A stretch of DNA of 64,000 bases from Octopus vulgaris (Eukaryota). Positions 40,766 through 54,359 of the stretch are shown here, piece by piece (position 1 is the first letter of the stretch; each line of letters opens with the position of its first letter). The stretch spans positions 86,242,001-86,306,000 of the forward strand of contig OX597816.1 in assembly GCA_951406725.2 (NCBI GenBank). The letters run 5' to 3'. Both the position numbers and the translations under genes were made by a program. The notes beneath the pieces were generated by a model. It had not been told where the DNA came from, did no database searches, and saw only the letters and a list, made by a program, of their open reading frames with translations.

Positions 40766-41869
40766 TATATACATATATATATAAAAATGTACATATATAT
40801 GTATATATATATATATATATGAGTAATTGTACACACATGTATATAAATTTCTCTACGCATATGTAGCTTTATATATTCTCATACATCTATTGATATACTT
40901 ATGCAGCTGTCAGTTCTTAACAATACACGCCTACACAACTACGGTCGTTAAGATGCTATATACAGCTACATTTATCATTCTGATGTTCAGATATTCCTTA
41001 AATATCATGCTATCATACATCGGCAAACCAAGACTAAAACAAGAAGAGACCGGACAAAACATGGTATATCTAACGGACAGAAATTCTCTAGGCCAAAAAT
41101 GGTGAAAAGCACTGTTCTTTGAGAAAGATACTTCAAACATTCTTTACAATACCATTCATCTAAAAACTTACAAATTACTTGATTGGATAGCATAATATCC
41201 TACATAACTTAACAAAAATCTTGTATGGAATCTCACGTGAATAACGTCTAGTAAACAGTTCACACAAACGAGAAACAACAACATAAAAAGACGTAGAAAT
41301 GTTTCCAACAGCACACAAATTGAACGAAGTAAGCAAATGTACACCTGAATATATAAGAGTCAAATACCTTACCAAGTAAACTGGATAAAGATTTAAGTAT
41401 TTAAGTTCTAGCGTTGCAAGGTTCTCAACAATAGAAATATTCACCTTGTCCCACCGGTAGAATATATATCGCTAAAATAAGCAAATTAATCCTTGGTGAA
41501 ATCTTTAGTAGTATATACCCATAATCTAACCTTATTTTACGATGCCTCATTATTCATTAACCGCTCACTAATTGTGATAATATGCAACTAAATACGTTTA
41601 TGCTGCTTACGGTTAATTTAGTGATACACCATAATAACCAAGGTCCTGCATTGAAAGTACGAGAAGATAACATACATTAAGGTTATTTACAGACTTACAT
41701 ATTCCAAGATCAAAAATTTCAACATAATTTGAGATTGATACGGCCAAGCTTATTTTTAAATCCGATAATATCGATGCCACACTGCTGCACTGATTTTATG
41801 CAGCTTATATACATTGTATAATATACAGCAAACCGTTTTCCCAACACAATATCCCCATTAAATATTCAA

Positions 41870-42450
41870 ACCTGAAATAATATATTCCAAGCTTCCTTCC
41901 AGGTTTAATGACCGAAAGATATTTGTTCGCCAGTTTTCACCGTCAGAAAGACAGTTGCTTAAAGCAAAGATTATTTAGAATATTCAATAGAAGTAACGTT
42001 AAACTTAGTTACAGAAACATACTTTTCTTTTGCACAAAAATAAGCATCAGGAAACAATTTTACATCAATTAATCCAACTTTCTACCTCATTTGCACTTGC
42101 ATAAATATCAGATAATAGTTCGTTTGAAAATCTATGCTTATAAATCCATAATGAACAGACTATTCCATTAAGGAAAGCAATACAATGGAAGGCTGCCTCA
42201 ATCTAAGAGAGTATATTCTCCTTTCAAACTCCAACACATCAACTCTTTCATCAAGTATAAGGTAGCAGATTGCAGAAAAAATATAGACACGCATTCGAGA
42301 TGGTCATTTTGATTCATCTTCATCCCAAACCTCCCCCTGATTACTTTTTACACGTACAAGACCATGTTTTAAATAAAGAACTTTTAGAAAAAGATAACAT
42401 TAGCATCCGGTAGGTCACACAATCGAAACTGAACAATAACAGCATTATTT
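41870..42450 (+). mobile_element. Possible ancient Penelope-like relic
   Basis: LFRIFNRSNVKLSY (cf. KIFNRNTVKVSYS of PLE linker) near 41970-42012 and FRKR*H*H near 42383; very degraded. Confidence 0.35.
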
Positions 42451-42924
42451 ACCCCGTCTAACATAACTTGAGCAATTTATCCTTTTCAGTTGCATTAAAA
42501 CTAAATCTCCTTGTCTGTAACCTGTCGCCCACAACAAATACAAAGTCCACGGTCAAATTACTGCATTTCATGCGCCAAGTTTCAATTGTATACGCCTCAC
42601 ATACCTATGTGGCTACGAAGCCTGATTTATTTCTATGCTTATAACAACCTACGGCTGTTCAAGTTAAACTAGTGTAACACAACTCTTAATACTTTCAACA
42701 GCTCATATATTTCATATTTTCAAACTCCCAATATTTATTGCTAAGTGTGCGTTTACGTGCCTATATGTGTGTATGTGTAATTGTGTTTGTAACATATTTT
42801 TGTGTACACGTGTTTGACAAAATAATGGAAACACCTTGCATCATAATTTTGAAATATCTATATATCCGTCAAAAGCTTGTTTATTTTTATGTTTTTTTAT
42901 TTATTATTAGTGTTGCTTAATATG

Positions 42925-43790
42925 TTTAGATAGGGACCATCGGATTCTTACGCGAATTATTAGAAAGGATCCCAGAAGTGGAGCTACCAAAATTACTGCA
43001 GAGCCTAATGACCACCTCGAGAACCCAGTTTCCACAAAAACCCTTCGCCGGGAGATGCACAAATCGGATTTCACGGAAGGGCTAAAATCAGAAAACCACT
43101 ACTTTCAAAAACAAACGTTGCAAACCGTTTAGAATAGAGTAAAAAACAAACCTTACAGTATTGATCGCTAGAGCAGGGAAAGACTGTAATTTTCTCAGAT
43201 GAGTCATCTTTTATCTTATTTCCGACCACCAACTTAGTATACATGTTGAATCAGCCAAAAAGTATCATTTGCCCAGAGTGTCTTCTTCCAATTGTTCCAA
43301 CATGGAGGAGGATCTGTGATGATCTGGTGGTGAGGGGGCTATGTCTTGGAAATCCGCCGGCCCAATGTTTTCCCTTCATGGCCAACACTATTTAAGCATT
43401 TTATCTGATCAAATTCATCCCATTGTTGCGGGACTTTTTCGGGGGGTAAACGCAATCTTTTAGGATGATAATGCACCAGTTCACATAACTGAACTTGTTA
43501 CTGAATGGCACGAGGAACATACTAGTGAAGTTGAACATCCTATCTGGCCACCGTAGTCCCTAGAACTCAATATTATCGAACATTTATAGCGAATTTTAGA
43601 AAAACAAGTAAGGAGTCGATATCCTCCACCATTATCACTACAAGAACTGGAGACTGTTTTAGCTGAAGAATGGACAAAAAACAATTCAAACTTTGTACAA
43701 GCCCATAGCTCGTAGAATTCAAGCTGTAATTACTGCTAAAAGGCGGTCCTATCCCATATTAAAATCAATTTGTTTGAAATTTTGAGGTGT
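42925..43790 (+). mobile_element. Decayed Tc1-like (DD34E) transposon
   Basis: DRDHRILTRIIRKD..PVSTKTLRREMHK, KPLLSKTN, VIFSDESSF, KHGGGSVMIW, IF*DDNAPVH, WPP*SLELNIIEHL, LQELETVLAEEW; right end runs into (TAA)n. Confidence 0.88.
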
Positions 43791-43852
43791 AATAATAATA
43801 ATAATAATAAAAATAGTAATAATAATAATCCTAATCCATAATCCATAATAAT

Positions 43853-45296
43853 CCAGGAATCCATGAACTAGATAAGACACAACACACACAAATGAAAGAG
43901 AAAATAAAAAAAGAATATTATAGACGAGTTAGATCAATACTAAACACAGAGCTCAATGCTAAAAACAAGATAATAGGTATCAACACTTTAGCTGTCCCAG
44001 TTATAAGTTACAGCTACAATATCCTTAACTGGACACGAAATGAACTGACCAAAATAGATAGGAAAACAAGAAAAATAATGACAGGATCTAGGATGCATCA
44101 CCCAAAATCTGACATAGAAAGACTATATATACAACGTATAGAAGGTGGTAGAGGCCTTATACAGCTGGAAAACTACTATAAAATAACCACCATATGACTG
44201 CAAAAATATCTACTTCAGAAGGAAGGAAAACTGATCCAGATAGCGGCAAAACACGAGCAAAACAAAAAACTGTTCTCAGTATTTAAGGAAACTGACAAAT
44301 ACAAACAAGAAATTATACCACCTGATAAACATGAAAAAGAAGAAGAGGAAGCAGATGAAGAAACAACAAAAGCTATAAAACAAATGAAATCCAAACGAAA
44401 AATAGAACAGCAACGGACCATGATAAAACGATAGCAAGAAAAGCCCCTTCATGGTAAATACTGGACTAAACTAAACGCAAAAGAAATAGACAAAGAAAAA
44501 TCCCAGCAATGGTTGAGAAGCTCAGGACTCAAAGCAGAAACAGAGGGATTTTTAACTGCAGCACAAGAACAAAGCCTCCCCACAAGAAATTACCAAAAAC
44601 ATGTAATGAAAAGAAATATTACAAGTAACTGCAGAATATGTGGAGATGGACAAGAAACAATAAATCATATTATCTCTAGCTGCCCAGTCCTGGCTAAGAA
44701 GGAATATATTCACAGACATGACAGAGTTGGAACCTACATACATTGGAAGCTATGCCAACATTATGGAATAACAACAGAAAAAAGATGGTATAGGCACACA
44801 CCAGAAAAGGTCACAGAAAACGAGAAAGCAACCATACTCTGGGATATGCCGATACACACAGATAGAGAAATTAAGGCCAACAGACCAGATATAGTTGTCA
44901 GAGATCATGAAGAAAAAAATGCTTTCTAATTGATGTATCAATACCGGCTGATGACAACGTGTCTCTAAAAGAAATGGAGAAACTCTCAAAATACAAAGAC
45001 CTGGAAATAGAGGTAACTAGAATGTGGAATCTGAAAACAGAAACAATTCCTATCATAGTAGGTGCATTAGGCATGATAAAAAAATATTCAGACAAATACA
45101 TAACAAAAACACCAGGACTTACAAACACATATAACATACAGAAAATTGCACTACTAGGCACTGCACACATCCTACACAGAACACTTTCCATACAATAATC
45201 ATCAGAGCATCACAACAAATCACAGCACATACCCAAAGCACACAGAGCTGCGCTCGGTAGTGAAGTGAAAGCACGCTATAAAATTAAAACTACTGA
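43853..45296 (+). mobile_element. 5'-truncated R4/Dong-like non-LTR retrotransposon
   Basis: ORF pieces 43892-44197, 44513-44929, 44959-45198: DIERLYIQRIEGGRGL, CRICGDGQETINHIISSC (zinc knuckle), RHDRV, KANRPDIVV, KLSKYKDLEIE; (TAA)n on both sides; stops and a frameshift. Confidence 0.92.
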
Positions 45297-45315
45297 ATAA
45301 TAATAATAATAATAA

Positions 45316-45872
45316 CAAATGCCCTGATGCAGTACCAGGCAGTGGCTCTCATGGCTTCTGATCTTAACTGATTGGAAGTGTTATCATGTACATTGTTTTG
45401 TCTTGGTATAAAAGATGGGCAACAGCAAATATTCTGCACAATACCACAGATTTGCTTGTCAGTTGTTTGACCTTAACCAGTTGAGCATGTCCCTTAGTGG
45501 CTGATGAGTTGTGCATCTCTGATCACGAGCAGAAGTAGTGGGGGAGCATCATAGCCATGTGTTGAGAGGGATTCTTTGGGGTTTGGATAATTCACCTCTG
45601 GAAACAGGGGTGGTTCTTTCAACATCCTTAAACAACCCTTATTCAGGGACCTTTTGAGCGGGATGGGCTACTCAACCTGAAGAAAATTCTAACTGGGCCC
45701 CACCTGCAAGATCATGTGCTGTTTATCTTTTTATGAGATCACCATGTCACGCACATGTTTGTGATGCATGTGCCTGGTGTACCCTTATCAGACGGGTAGT
45801 CATGATGGGTATATTGGGCTTCGTATATTTTACCCCAGTGTCACTTTGATGGCATGAACTGCTCTCTCACTC
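45316..45872 (+). mobile_element. Unclassified 557-bp non-coding insert between (TAA)n tracts
   Basis: Higher GC than flanks, sharply bounded by TAA arrays, no recognisable peptide; orientation inferred from neighbouring Dong elements. Confidence 0.5.
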
Positions 45873-45897
45873 AATAATAATAATAATAATAATAATA

Positions 45898-46720
45898 GCT
45901 TATCACCGCTGCTTTTTGTTCTCTGCATATTACACCTTACCTTGGTACTCATGAAAATGAACCTGGGGTAGCAACTAAAGGGAAATACTAAACAACCAAG
46001 CACTTCCTCTTCATGGATGATTTGAAACTGTATGGTAAGCATGAGGCACAAATGCGTTCCTTGGCGAACACGGTCCGCTGTATTAGTACTGATATTAGAA
46101 TGGAATTTGGGCTTAAGGACTGCGGAATAATCTACAAAAGAGGCAATGTAGAGTCCCTAGCAGGGATAGACTTACCAAATAAACACTTCGTTATACAAAG
46201 TGAGACGGAAGGTTACAAATAACTTGGCGTACTAGAGGTCAATGAGATAATGGAGACGGAATGAAAGAGCAACTGAGAATGGAATATTCCCGATGATAAC
46301 ACGTAAGTATTGCGCTCAAAATTGACTGGATGGAATAACATCTAAGCAGTTAATACGTAGGCGATAACATCACTTCGTTATGGAGCGGGAATTTAAAAAA
46401 TGCCAAAACGTTATGAAAATGGATAACATAACCTTAACGATGGTGATAATACACAGAACCTCCTACCCAAAGATTGATACCGAGAGGTTTTACTTGTCCA
46501 GAAGAAAGGGTGGAATAGATTTTATCACTTGCCAGGAATGTATCGAAATAGAAGAAACCGTGTTAGTGTGGTATATATGAATGCTGTGGAATCATTGTTG
46601 AAAGGCACGAAGAAAGCTAAAATTTTTCTCCAACCCTCTTGACGGACCCCAAAATACCTCGATCGGGATAAATATTGAAGTTACCAAGAAGGTATTACCG
46701 ACATCCAAGATTAGTTATAA
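45898..46720 (+). mobile_element. Older R4/Dong-like RT fragment
   Basis: LSPLLFVLCI, FLFMDDLKLYGK...ISTDIRMEFGLKDC, GYK*LGVLE, DTERFYLSRRKGGIDFI; ends in degenerate TAA/CAA repeats. Confidence 0.8.
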
Positions 46721-47569
46721 TAACAATAACAATCATCGCAAAACTTATAATATGTATAGATATATGATTTGGATTGTCGTTAAGTCTTTTGAGTTAAGCT
46801 GCCGATTCGCAGTTTTTTGTTTTATTTATTTATTCATTTTTTGTTTCGAAGACCATTAAAATAACAAAATGAAGACATATCCTCTTCATCAGCTTATTCA
46901 CCGGGAGTGCCAGTTTATGCTCCAACCACCTGTCTGTATTTTATTACATAGCGTGACTATCTGTTGCATGTCATTGTCACGACATTCCTAATTGCAATAA
47001 CGAGTTAAATCTCGTCGTCTCAAGGGATTCAAGGATATCACTGCCATGACAAACTGATGGTGTGATATTATGTGTAACCCGCCAGGAATGCTAGAATGAA
47101 GGTAGGGATAGGGAAAGGATTGATGATAGATAAGACTGAAGTACTCAGTGCTGAGGATAAGTGAATAGAAATATATAAATAATCATTGGAGAAAATACAG
47201 AAAGAAAAATTGAAACAAACAGATAAATGGAGATTACCCCAAATGTCATTAATAATGCTGGAAAAGACGCAGGCGTTTTTTTAAAATTTAGATGACTACA
47301 TCAGTAATACGATTTGACGTTTGAAAAGTATGTATATTGTGCATATCAATGAAAAATGTATTATCTGTACTTTCAAATGCTGAAGTCACTGAAGTGGTGA
47401 AAGAATAAAGATATTGCAAATTGGTAGGGAAATAAAGATCTACATTGCTAATTGATGCAACACTCTGACTATGTTCATTGTGGCTGACGAATGGATACCT
47501 GAAACGACTAAGTAAATTAATCAGGGACAATTCATTAAAGAAAATTATATAACGATTGATAAAACTCCG

Positions 47570-47905
47570 TCTGTAGAGGAACTCACATTTAGAGAAAGAG
47601 ACTGATTCTTTTCTATGTGAATGCACTAAGGTATCACAAAAGAAAAAAATAATCACCGCCGGAATGGCTCCCGAGGCAAAATCAGAACGTTGTGATGTTA
47701 GCCAAGTTTGTGAAATGATGTCCAAGACACTGGGATGGTGAAAAGTGATTTTAAAGGAATTTTTTCATAGTGACCGATCGTAAAATTGAAACAGGGGAGT
47801 AATCATAATCGTACAGAATTGAAAGAATAAACAGTGTAAGATTATTGACTTTGCAGTCCGATAGAGTATTAGATTGGAAATTGAGAATATTGAGAAATGT
47901 CATCT
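47570..47905 (+). mobile_element. Very degenerate Dong-like RLE fragment
   Basis: RNSHLEKETDSFLC, FIVTDRKIE, KQCKIIDFAV. Confidence 0.4.
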
Positions 47906-47972
47906 AGACAAAAACAAATAAATAAAATCAAGATACCATGTAGCAAAAAGGAGGAAATTCACTCTCTTATAA

Positions 47973-49576
47973 CACTGGTAAAGAGCCAAAATGGTTTTTA
48001 TATATGAATATGTGCTTCTCACTAATTATCTAGCGCTGAATTCAGTTTTGACACTAATTTTGTGCTATCCGACCAGGATTTCTGTGTATTGGTTGAGAAA
48101 TATGTTCTGCGTATAGTCATTTCTATCCCCCTTTGAACACATGGTATGGTATGTATATATACTAACTTGTGACTTATTTTGCTTCACTGGTTTTAACATT
48201 ACTTCATATATTGCAAAAAATGGAAAGAGTCCTAAAAACTTTTCCTGGATTTTCTTCTACGCTTGTTCTGCTGGTTGTCCTTACATTGCAGTGTCCAGCA
48301 GTAGTCTCCTGACATTATCGGACTGAACCGGCCCTGATACCTACTCTCCATTATTGCAATTTCTTGTTGTAAGTCTTCTCCATGTTCATCACTGATGTGT
48401 CCTAGGTTATCTGGGAAGATATCCATATGATAACGAAATAAATTAAGCTTCACGGACATTCGTGAAACCAGAGCACGATTATTTTGAATCAAGGTTTAAA
48501 GAATTCCTCCATAGTTGTCTACACGTTGTTTTCCAAGAAAGTTCTGTGTCACATCCTCGAATGTTTTCCATGTAGCAGTTTCGAAAGAGTTTAATGTTTT
48601 AGCAAGCTCACTATCATTAACCAGCATGCGAATCTGAGCACCATTCAAACCTCCGCCTTTAACTTTGCATCAGATACAACATCAGCCAACTTCTTACACA
48701 AGTAATAAATCCCATTTCTTGGATGTTCCATACAGTTTTATGAAATTTTTGGCCAAGCCTAATTTGATTTGTACAAGCAGTTGAACCTTCCTGCACCATC
48801 TTTTGGTCTTGGTGGTCAATCCTTTTTTAAGTAGTGCTGCAGATTGTTAAGTGTATTTCACAAACACAAAAAGCACATATGATTTGTGTAACAAGTCTGA
48901 AGACCTAGAATAAGATTAGTTGCTTGGAATTCCCCTCATATTTTCCACTGGTGCTTTTGGCAAAATTTTCATTGTTTATAGTTTTCAACCACATTTGTTG
49001 CATGTGCAATTGGTACAGAGAGAAAGGGATTACCAATACGTAGGACAACGACTTTTATAGTATATTTTCCGGAATCAATGAAAAACCTTCAATCATTTAA
49101 TTTGTATGAATCAGATTTGCAGGGTTGTTGCTTGAGGGACTCTACAGAATGATAGTAGGAAAGGCTATTTTCCCTTTTGAAAAAATGCAGAAAGTTGTTC
49201 ATGCCGATGATGTGTGAAGAGTTCACAAGTATAACAAAATCGGTTGGGACCATTTGCACATTTGCGGTATTCCACCTTTTTTAATAACGTCAGTGATTAC
49301 AAATTATTACAATAACAACCTTGGCTGGTTGTAACTATGTGATCTGGAAAAAAGAAAGAAAATGAAAGTCGGTTGATAATAAGAAATATAGTATATGTAA
49401 AATAGGGAAAATAATATGAGCTGCCTAATATATGTGTCATAAAATTGCTATGCTGGTTCTCGAAAACAAAACTAGCAATACAGTTTAACCGTCGTCATAT
49501 TCATCACTTTTGATTACTCGTAACTCAAATCAGATCATACCAGAACCAATTAAAAAAACATTTTTGTTGACCAGTG
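47973..49576 (-). mobile_element. Chapaev3-like (CMC group) DNA transposon, decayed but with both ends
   Basis: Termini TAA|CACTGGTAAAGAGCCAAAATGGTTTTT and AAAAAAACATTTTTGTTGACCAGTG|TAA (CAC...GTG ends, 3-bp TAA TSD). Minus-strand RKCANGPNRFCYTCE (N-terminal Cys motif) and MSVKLNLFRYHMDIFPDNLGHISDEHGEDLQQEIAIMESRYQG...DYCWTL. Confidence 0.85.
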
Positions 49577-49787
49577 TAACTGGTGCACACGGAAAAGCAT
49601 TTAAACCGCTGCTTAAGTAACTGGGGCATATTGAACTTAAGATGCATATTCTCCCACTGCATGAAACTGCCATCCTTTATTCGCGAGAATAGTATGAAAG
49701 ATTCTTGTGATTTGAAAAGACTCGCTTTAAACAAACCCCAGGATAACATCTCTGTTAATTTAATTAACATGTAATAAACCTTTGCAT

Positions 49788-49794
49788 AATGATG

Positions 49795-49858
<64 letters not shown>

Positions 49859-49892
49859 CAACAACAACAGCAATAATAATAATGATAACATC
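49788..49892. repeat. (TAA)n/(CAA)n array
   Basis: Directly visible; followed at ~50080-50190 by a short Dong-like peptide (LKRSNLKSKTEGQILA). Confidence 0.9.
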
Positions 49893-50722
49893 ATAAGGAA
49901 AAAAGAAGAGAAGAGAGCAAAGAAGAAAACAGAAAGAAGTTAGAGAAACTTCATTTCATACAGAGAAATCCTACTCACGCAGTGAACTGTGAAGACGTAC
50001 GCCAAGCTGAAAAGTGATTACATGCTATTTAAGGGTTTCTCCATAGAAACCGATCTTAAAGTTAAAGAAAGGAGACCATTTGTAATTGCCTGGAACAACA
50101 ATAAACTCAAAAGATCTAACCTAAAATCCAAGACTGAAGGTCAGATTCTAGCTACGAAAGACAAATGCTAAACCACAAATTACAAAATGATACAGGGAAA
50201 CGATGGAGATTTCAAGTAGGCTAAGCATACAGACGATTAGATAGTTGACGTTCCTCAGCTGCGATTGCACAATCCTTTTCATATCAAAGTATATTCATTG
50301 AATGTTATCAGTCGGCTGGTTTGTCTTCAGGGTCGGCCTAAAAAAACGTGGTGTAAACAAGCGAGTAACAATATACGAATCGAACGTGACCTTAGTGAAC
50401 GGGTTGGTGACTATTATAAGTGATTAACAAATCAATACTGACGATCCACAGATGCAAATTTAAACTTATAGGTATCTTGACTATTCACGACCAAAACAGT
50501 TCCCAAAAGAAACGTCGACATTGATGGATCACCAAATTAATATCAAAAGATTATTAGGCACCAAATTAATAAACAACCAACTATAATTGATTAACAAGAT
50601 TAATGATTGATAAAACTCAGTCAGATGTCAAAATGAGAGGAATATGGGATGAAGACACTAGTTATGATGCAATATCTCCAGTGATGTTTTCGAAAGAGAA
50701 CTTTAATTTCATTACATTTTTG

Positions 50723-50770
<48 letters not shown>

Positions 50771-50773
<3 letters not shown>

Positions 50774-53036
50774 GTATATAGAAAGCTCCAGAGATACTTG
50801 TACCAGCGGACAAAAACAAGTAACATTTACATTGTGGATATTGGGTTAGATCAGCCTATGATTAGGAAGGAATTACGCAGCAAATATAGACAGGCTAGTA
50901 ACGACATATTGAAAAGAATAAATTACATACGGTTACAAATCGTTAGAGATTTAGCTGTAGATGATAGAACTTGGCAATACATCCCCAGAAAACCACGGAT
51001 TATACTTAAGGACCATAAACCTAACTTTCTTATTGACCCTTCAGTTAGATTGCTTTGTCCTTCTAAATCTTATATAGGCATTATTAGTAAAAAAATTTGA
51101 TAGGGTAATATCCGCCCTTAGGTCTGAAGTTAGATTAGCTCTTTGGTCTGATAGCCGAGAGTTGGTTAGATGGTTCAAGTTTCTAGAAATTAGTAAAAAT
51201 GGTATATTCTTGCAACTAATTATAGAGTGCTATTATGTCAGTATTAACCCGATCGTCCTTAATAAAGCCCTGATTTATAGCATGAAAAATTTTGATTTGT
51301 CCCGAGACGAAATTTATTATAATACTTACCGCGCCAGCCAGATTTTTTTAAAATTTAGGACTAAACATTACTATGGGAAAGGATTATCGTAGAGTAAATT
51401 TTCTTGACGCTACTATCTGTCTGTAGCATCCAACCATTCACCCTCAATAATAAGTGGATTAGTTAAGAATATTTCTACAAACATTTCTAGATTATTCCCT
51501 AATGATAACATTTTCGAATCCCATGCAAGTTATTATGCTGCTTTAGCTAGGGCTGGGTACCGTGAGAAAATTCAATATATACAAGAATCAGGCATACACA
51601 ACACTGTGATGTACAGCATCGCAACATCTCTGTATGAGGACAGTAGAGAATACAGGCGAGGATGAATTGATCAAGACAACGAACTACCAACGAAATCTCA
51701 TAGACACAATTATCTAACTGCTTATAACACTGATTTTTTGTTTTGCATTCATGTACAACACACTCGATCAAATAAGCTTAACAACAGATATGCGAATCAA
51801 GATGACCTCTAGTTCAACTTAATTTTCAGTTCTCGTGTTTCAACTAAGATCGCTGGAAAATCTTTGGCTGCTTAAGACAAATGCTTTCCTAAATCTAATC
51901 GATATCATGCTATTCTTAATCGCAACACCGGGAAGGTATCCTGCGCTAACTCTGCTAACTTACAGCTACGTATGTACTGCATGAACAATAATAAAATGCG
52001 ACAAATGCTCAATAACTTACCTACTGGATCTAGCAAACATATGCATCTAAATACCAATAAAGGAGATGCAAAGCGCAATGAAAAGCACAAATTACGGCCG
52101 AATTATAATAGCGGAAATGCGTATGATATAGCTTACACGTTTACAACGTCGGAAAATGGAGTCAAAACTGCCACATGTACAAATATTTATGATAAATGCG
52201 CAATGATGAACCTCTGTATGAGTACAAATCTTGTATATAAATGTACCGTGTACACAAGATTAGGGCCGTATGTTTACATTGGACAGACTGATGATTCATT
52301 TAAGAATTGTTATTGCAACCTTGTCGCTAGCTTTAGGAGAATCAATGGGAGACATTTAACATATTTGTGTGGAGACTGAAGGAGGATGAAATTAAATACA
52401 ACATAATTTGCTCCATAGTAAAACATGTGAAACCATACAATATCATTTGCAGGAGCTGCCGACGCTGCTCCGAGGAATCCCTATCTTTTCTGTGGACCAA
52501 TGAGAAGATCTTTAATCGAATTTCTACAAGACTCTCAAGATACCCAAATGCATATGAATGTATTTTCGCACAATGCAGTGAGAATGAATTTGACTAACTG
52601 TTAACAATTTACTTCAAAGTATGGATGAATTAAGTTTAGTTATAACCACCCAATTCTTATAAACACAAAGTAGCAATTTAACTCGCTTTGTGATCGTGAG
52701 TGAGCCAAACCACATGTGTGAGTATGCTTACATCTTCGCGGATTCTTGCATGAGCGTGATTATGCGCACCACGCAGCTTGGGCAAGGTATTTATACATTC
52801 ATATTTGTTAACGGTTATTTTTTTATACTTTTCTCGCTGTATTGCATATTCGTTTCTGTTTTGCATCTGTAATTTTATTTTTGATCTTTTATATAAATGA
52901 ATACTTTTCCTTCGTTTTGCTGCTTTTCTTTCTACGAAATGAGAACATACATTGCGGAACTTTAATCTTAACGAGTGGTGTCTATTTATCATCCGATGAG
53001 ACACATCTGAATATTCCATCTTCTGTCTTATATATC

Positions 53037-53038
<2 letters not shown>
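50771..53038 (+). mobile_element. Decayed Penelope-like element (RT remnants + GIY-YIG endonuclease)
   Basis: PRIILKDHKPNFLIDPSVRLLCPSKSYIGIISKKI, FLQLIIECYYVSINP..LNKAL, SNHSPSIISGLVKNIS, NLVYKCTVY...YVYIGQTDDSFKNCY (GIY-YIG), WRLKE..IKYNII.SIVKHVKPY...CRRCSEE; RT catalytic core deleted; bounded by (TA)n. Confidence 0.88.
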
Positions 53039-53089
<51 letters not shown>

Positions 53090-53099
53090 CATACATACA

Positions 53100-53460
53100 T
53101 AGAAATGACACACTTTACATTTTCGGTTGCGTCTTGGAACTCCGACGTCTTCATCGTCTCTTGTTCGTAATTTATTTAGTAGCGATCATATCTTCGTGGA
53201 TTGCAAATGCGTAGCCTTCGAAATGTAATATGATGTTGCAGTCACTTCATGTCAATGTTGCTGTCTTCTTTAAGTCTTCGGGAAACATACGGATGCATGG
53301 TCTTTTTTTTGGTATGCTAAGTATCACACCTTCAAATTTTCTTTAAAGTATGTTTGTCTGGTTGTTTTGAGGTAGTATTGGAAGTCATCAGGAAGAGAGT
53401 GCTTCCTCAGGAGTTCACTTCCAAAACATAGGACATTATTTTTTCACTTTTCAGTAACCT
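53100..53460 (-). mobile_element. Dong-like fragment
   Basis: Minus strand LHFEGYAFAIHEDMIATK...KCKVCH, paralogous to the motif near 54790. Confidence 0.6.
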
Positions 53461-53597
53461 AGAGTTGCTGACACTAGGTTGTAGCCAGTTTGTATATTGT
53501 TGCAGGAATGGTAAAGGATTTAATGCTACAATGAGCAGAAATGAAGCGAGATTATCTCCTTGGAATATTCCTTTTGAAATATTAATAGCGTTGGAGA

Positions 53598-53766
53598 CGT
53601 ATGTACGTACGTACGTATGTATGTATGTATGTATTTATGTACGTATGTATGTATGTATGTAAGTATGTATGTATGTAAGTATTTATGTATGTATGTATGT
53701 AAGTATGTATGTATGTATGTATGTATGTATGTATGTATGTATGTATGTATGTATGTATGTATGTAT
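53598..53766. repeat. (ATGT)n tetranucleotide array
   Basis: Directly visible. Confidence 0.95.
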
Positions 53767-54359
53767 GTGTGTTTATGTGCAACCTTGTGTGTTATGTCTT
53801 ATGTGTCTTCTCATGCATATATTTGCATATCTAGAGATGCTCATACATATTTAAATAATATGTATGTCATTATTAAGTTTTATTCAAAATTTCTTACGAT
53901 AGAGAAAGAGCCGATTTCTAGACTAGATCCAAGCCTACTTCACTGTAATTTCAACATCAACATGTATGCATGTATGCATGAATGCAAGCATGTATGTATG
54001 TATGCATCTATGTATGTATGCATGCATGCATGTTTGTGTTTGTATGTTTGTATGTATGTATGCATGTATATGTGCATGTATATGCAGATTTGTTTGTTTT
54101 ATGCATGTATCCTGATGTATATAATTGCATCTCTAGACATACCTAAATTTATTTAAATGATAAACCACTGGAACATTTTAGAGATTTTTACAGTTCCGGT
54201 GATTCTTTTTTCTGCTTTTGAGAAGCCTAATTTCCCCAGATTGGTATTTTGGTACTGTGTTACATATACCCGTGCCCCAGTAATTACATGTATAAACCTG
54301 AACCTATCATCTGATTTCTCAATGGTTCAGCATATGTATTCCCTTTTTCACTGGTCTAC

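Noticed and set aside
45495-45545. CTGATGAG as a hammerhead core
   Set aside because: No properly spaced GAAA and no consistent stems.
46825-46897. Minus-strand CTGATGA...CGAAAC pair
   Set aside because: Stem II would overlap the core, and there is no stem III or NUH cleavage triplet.
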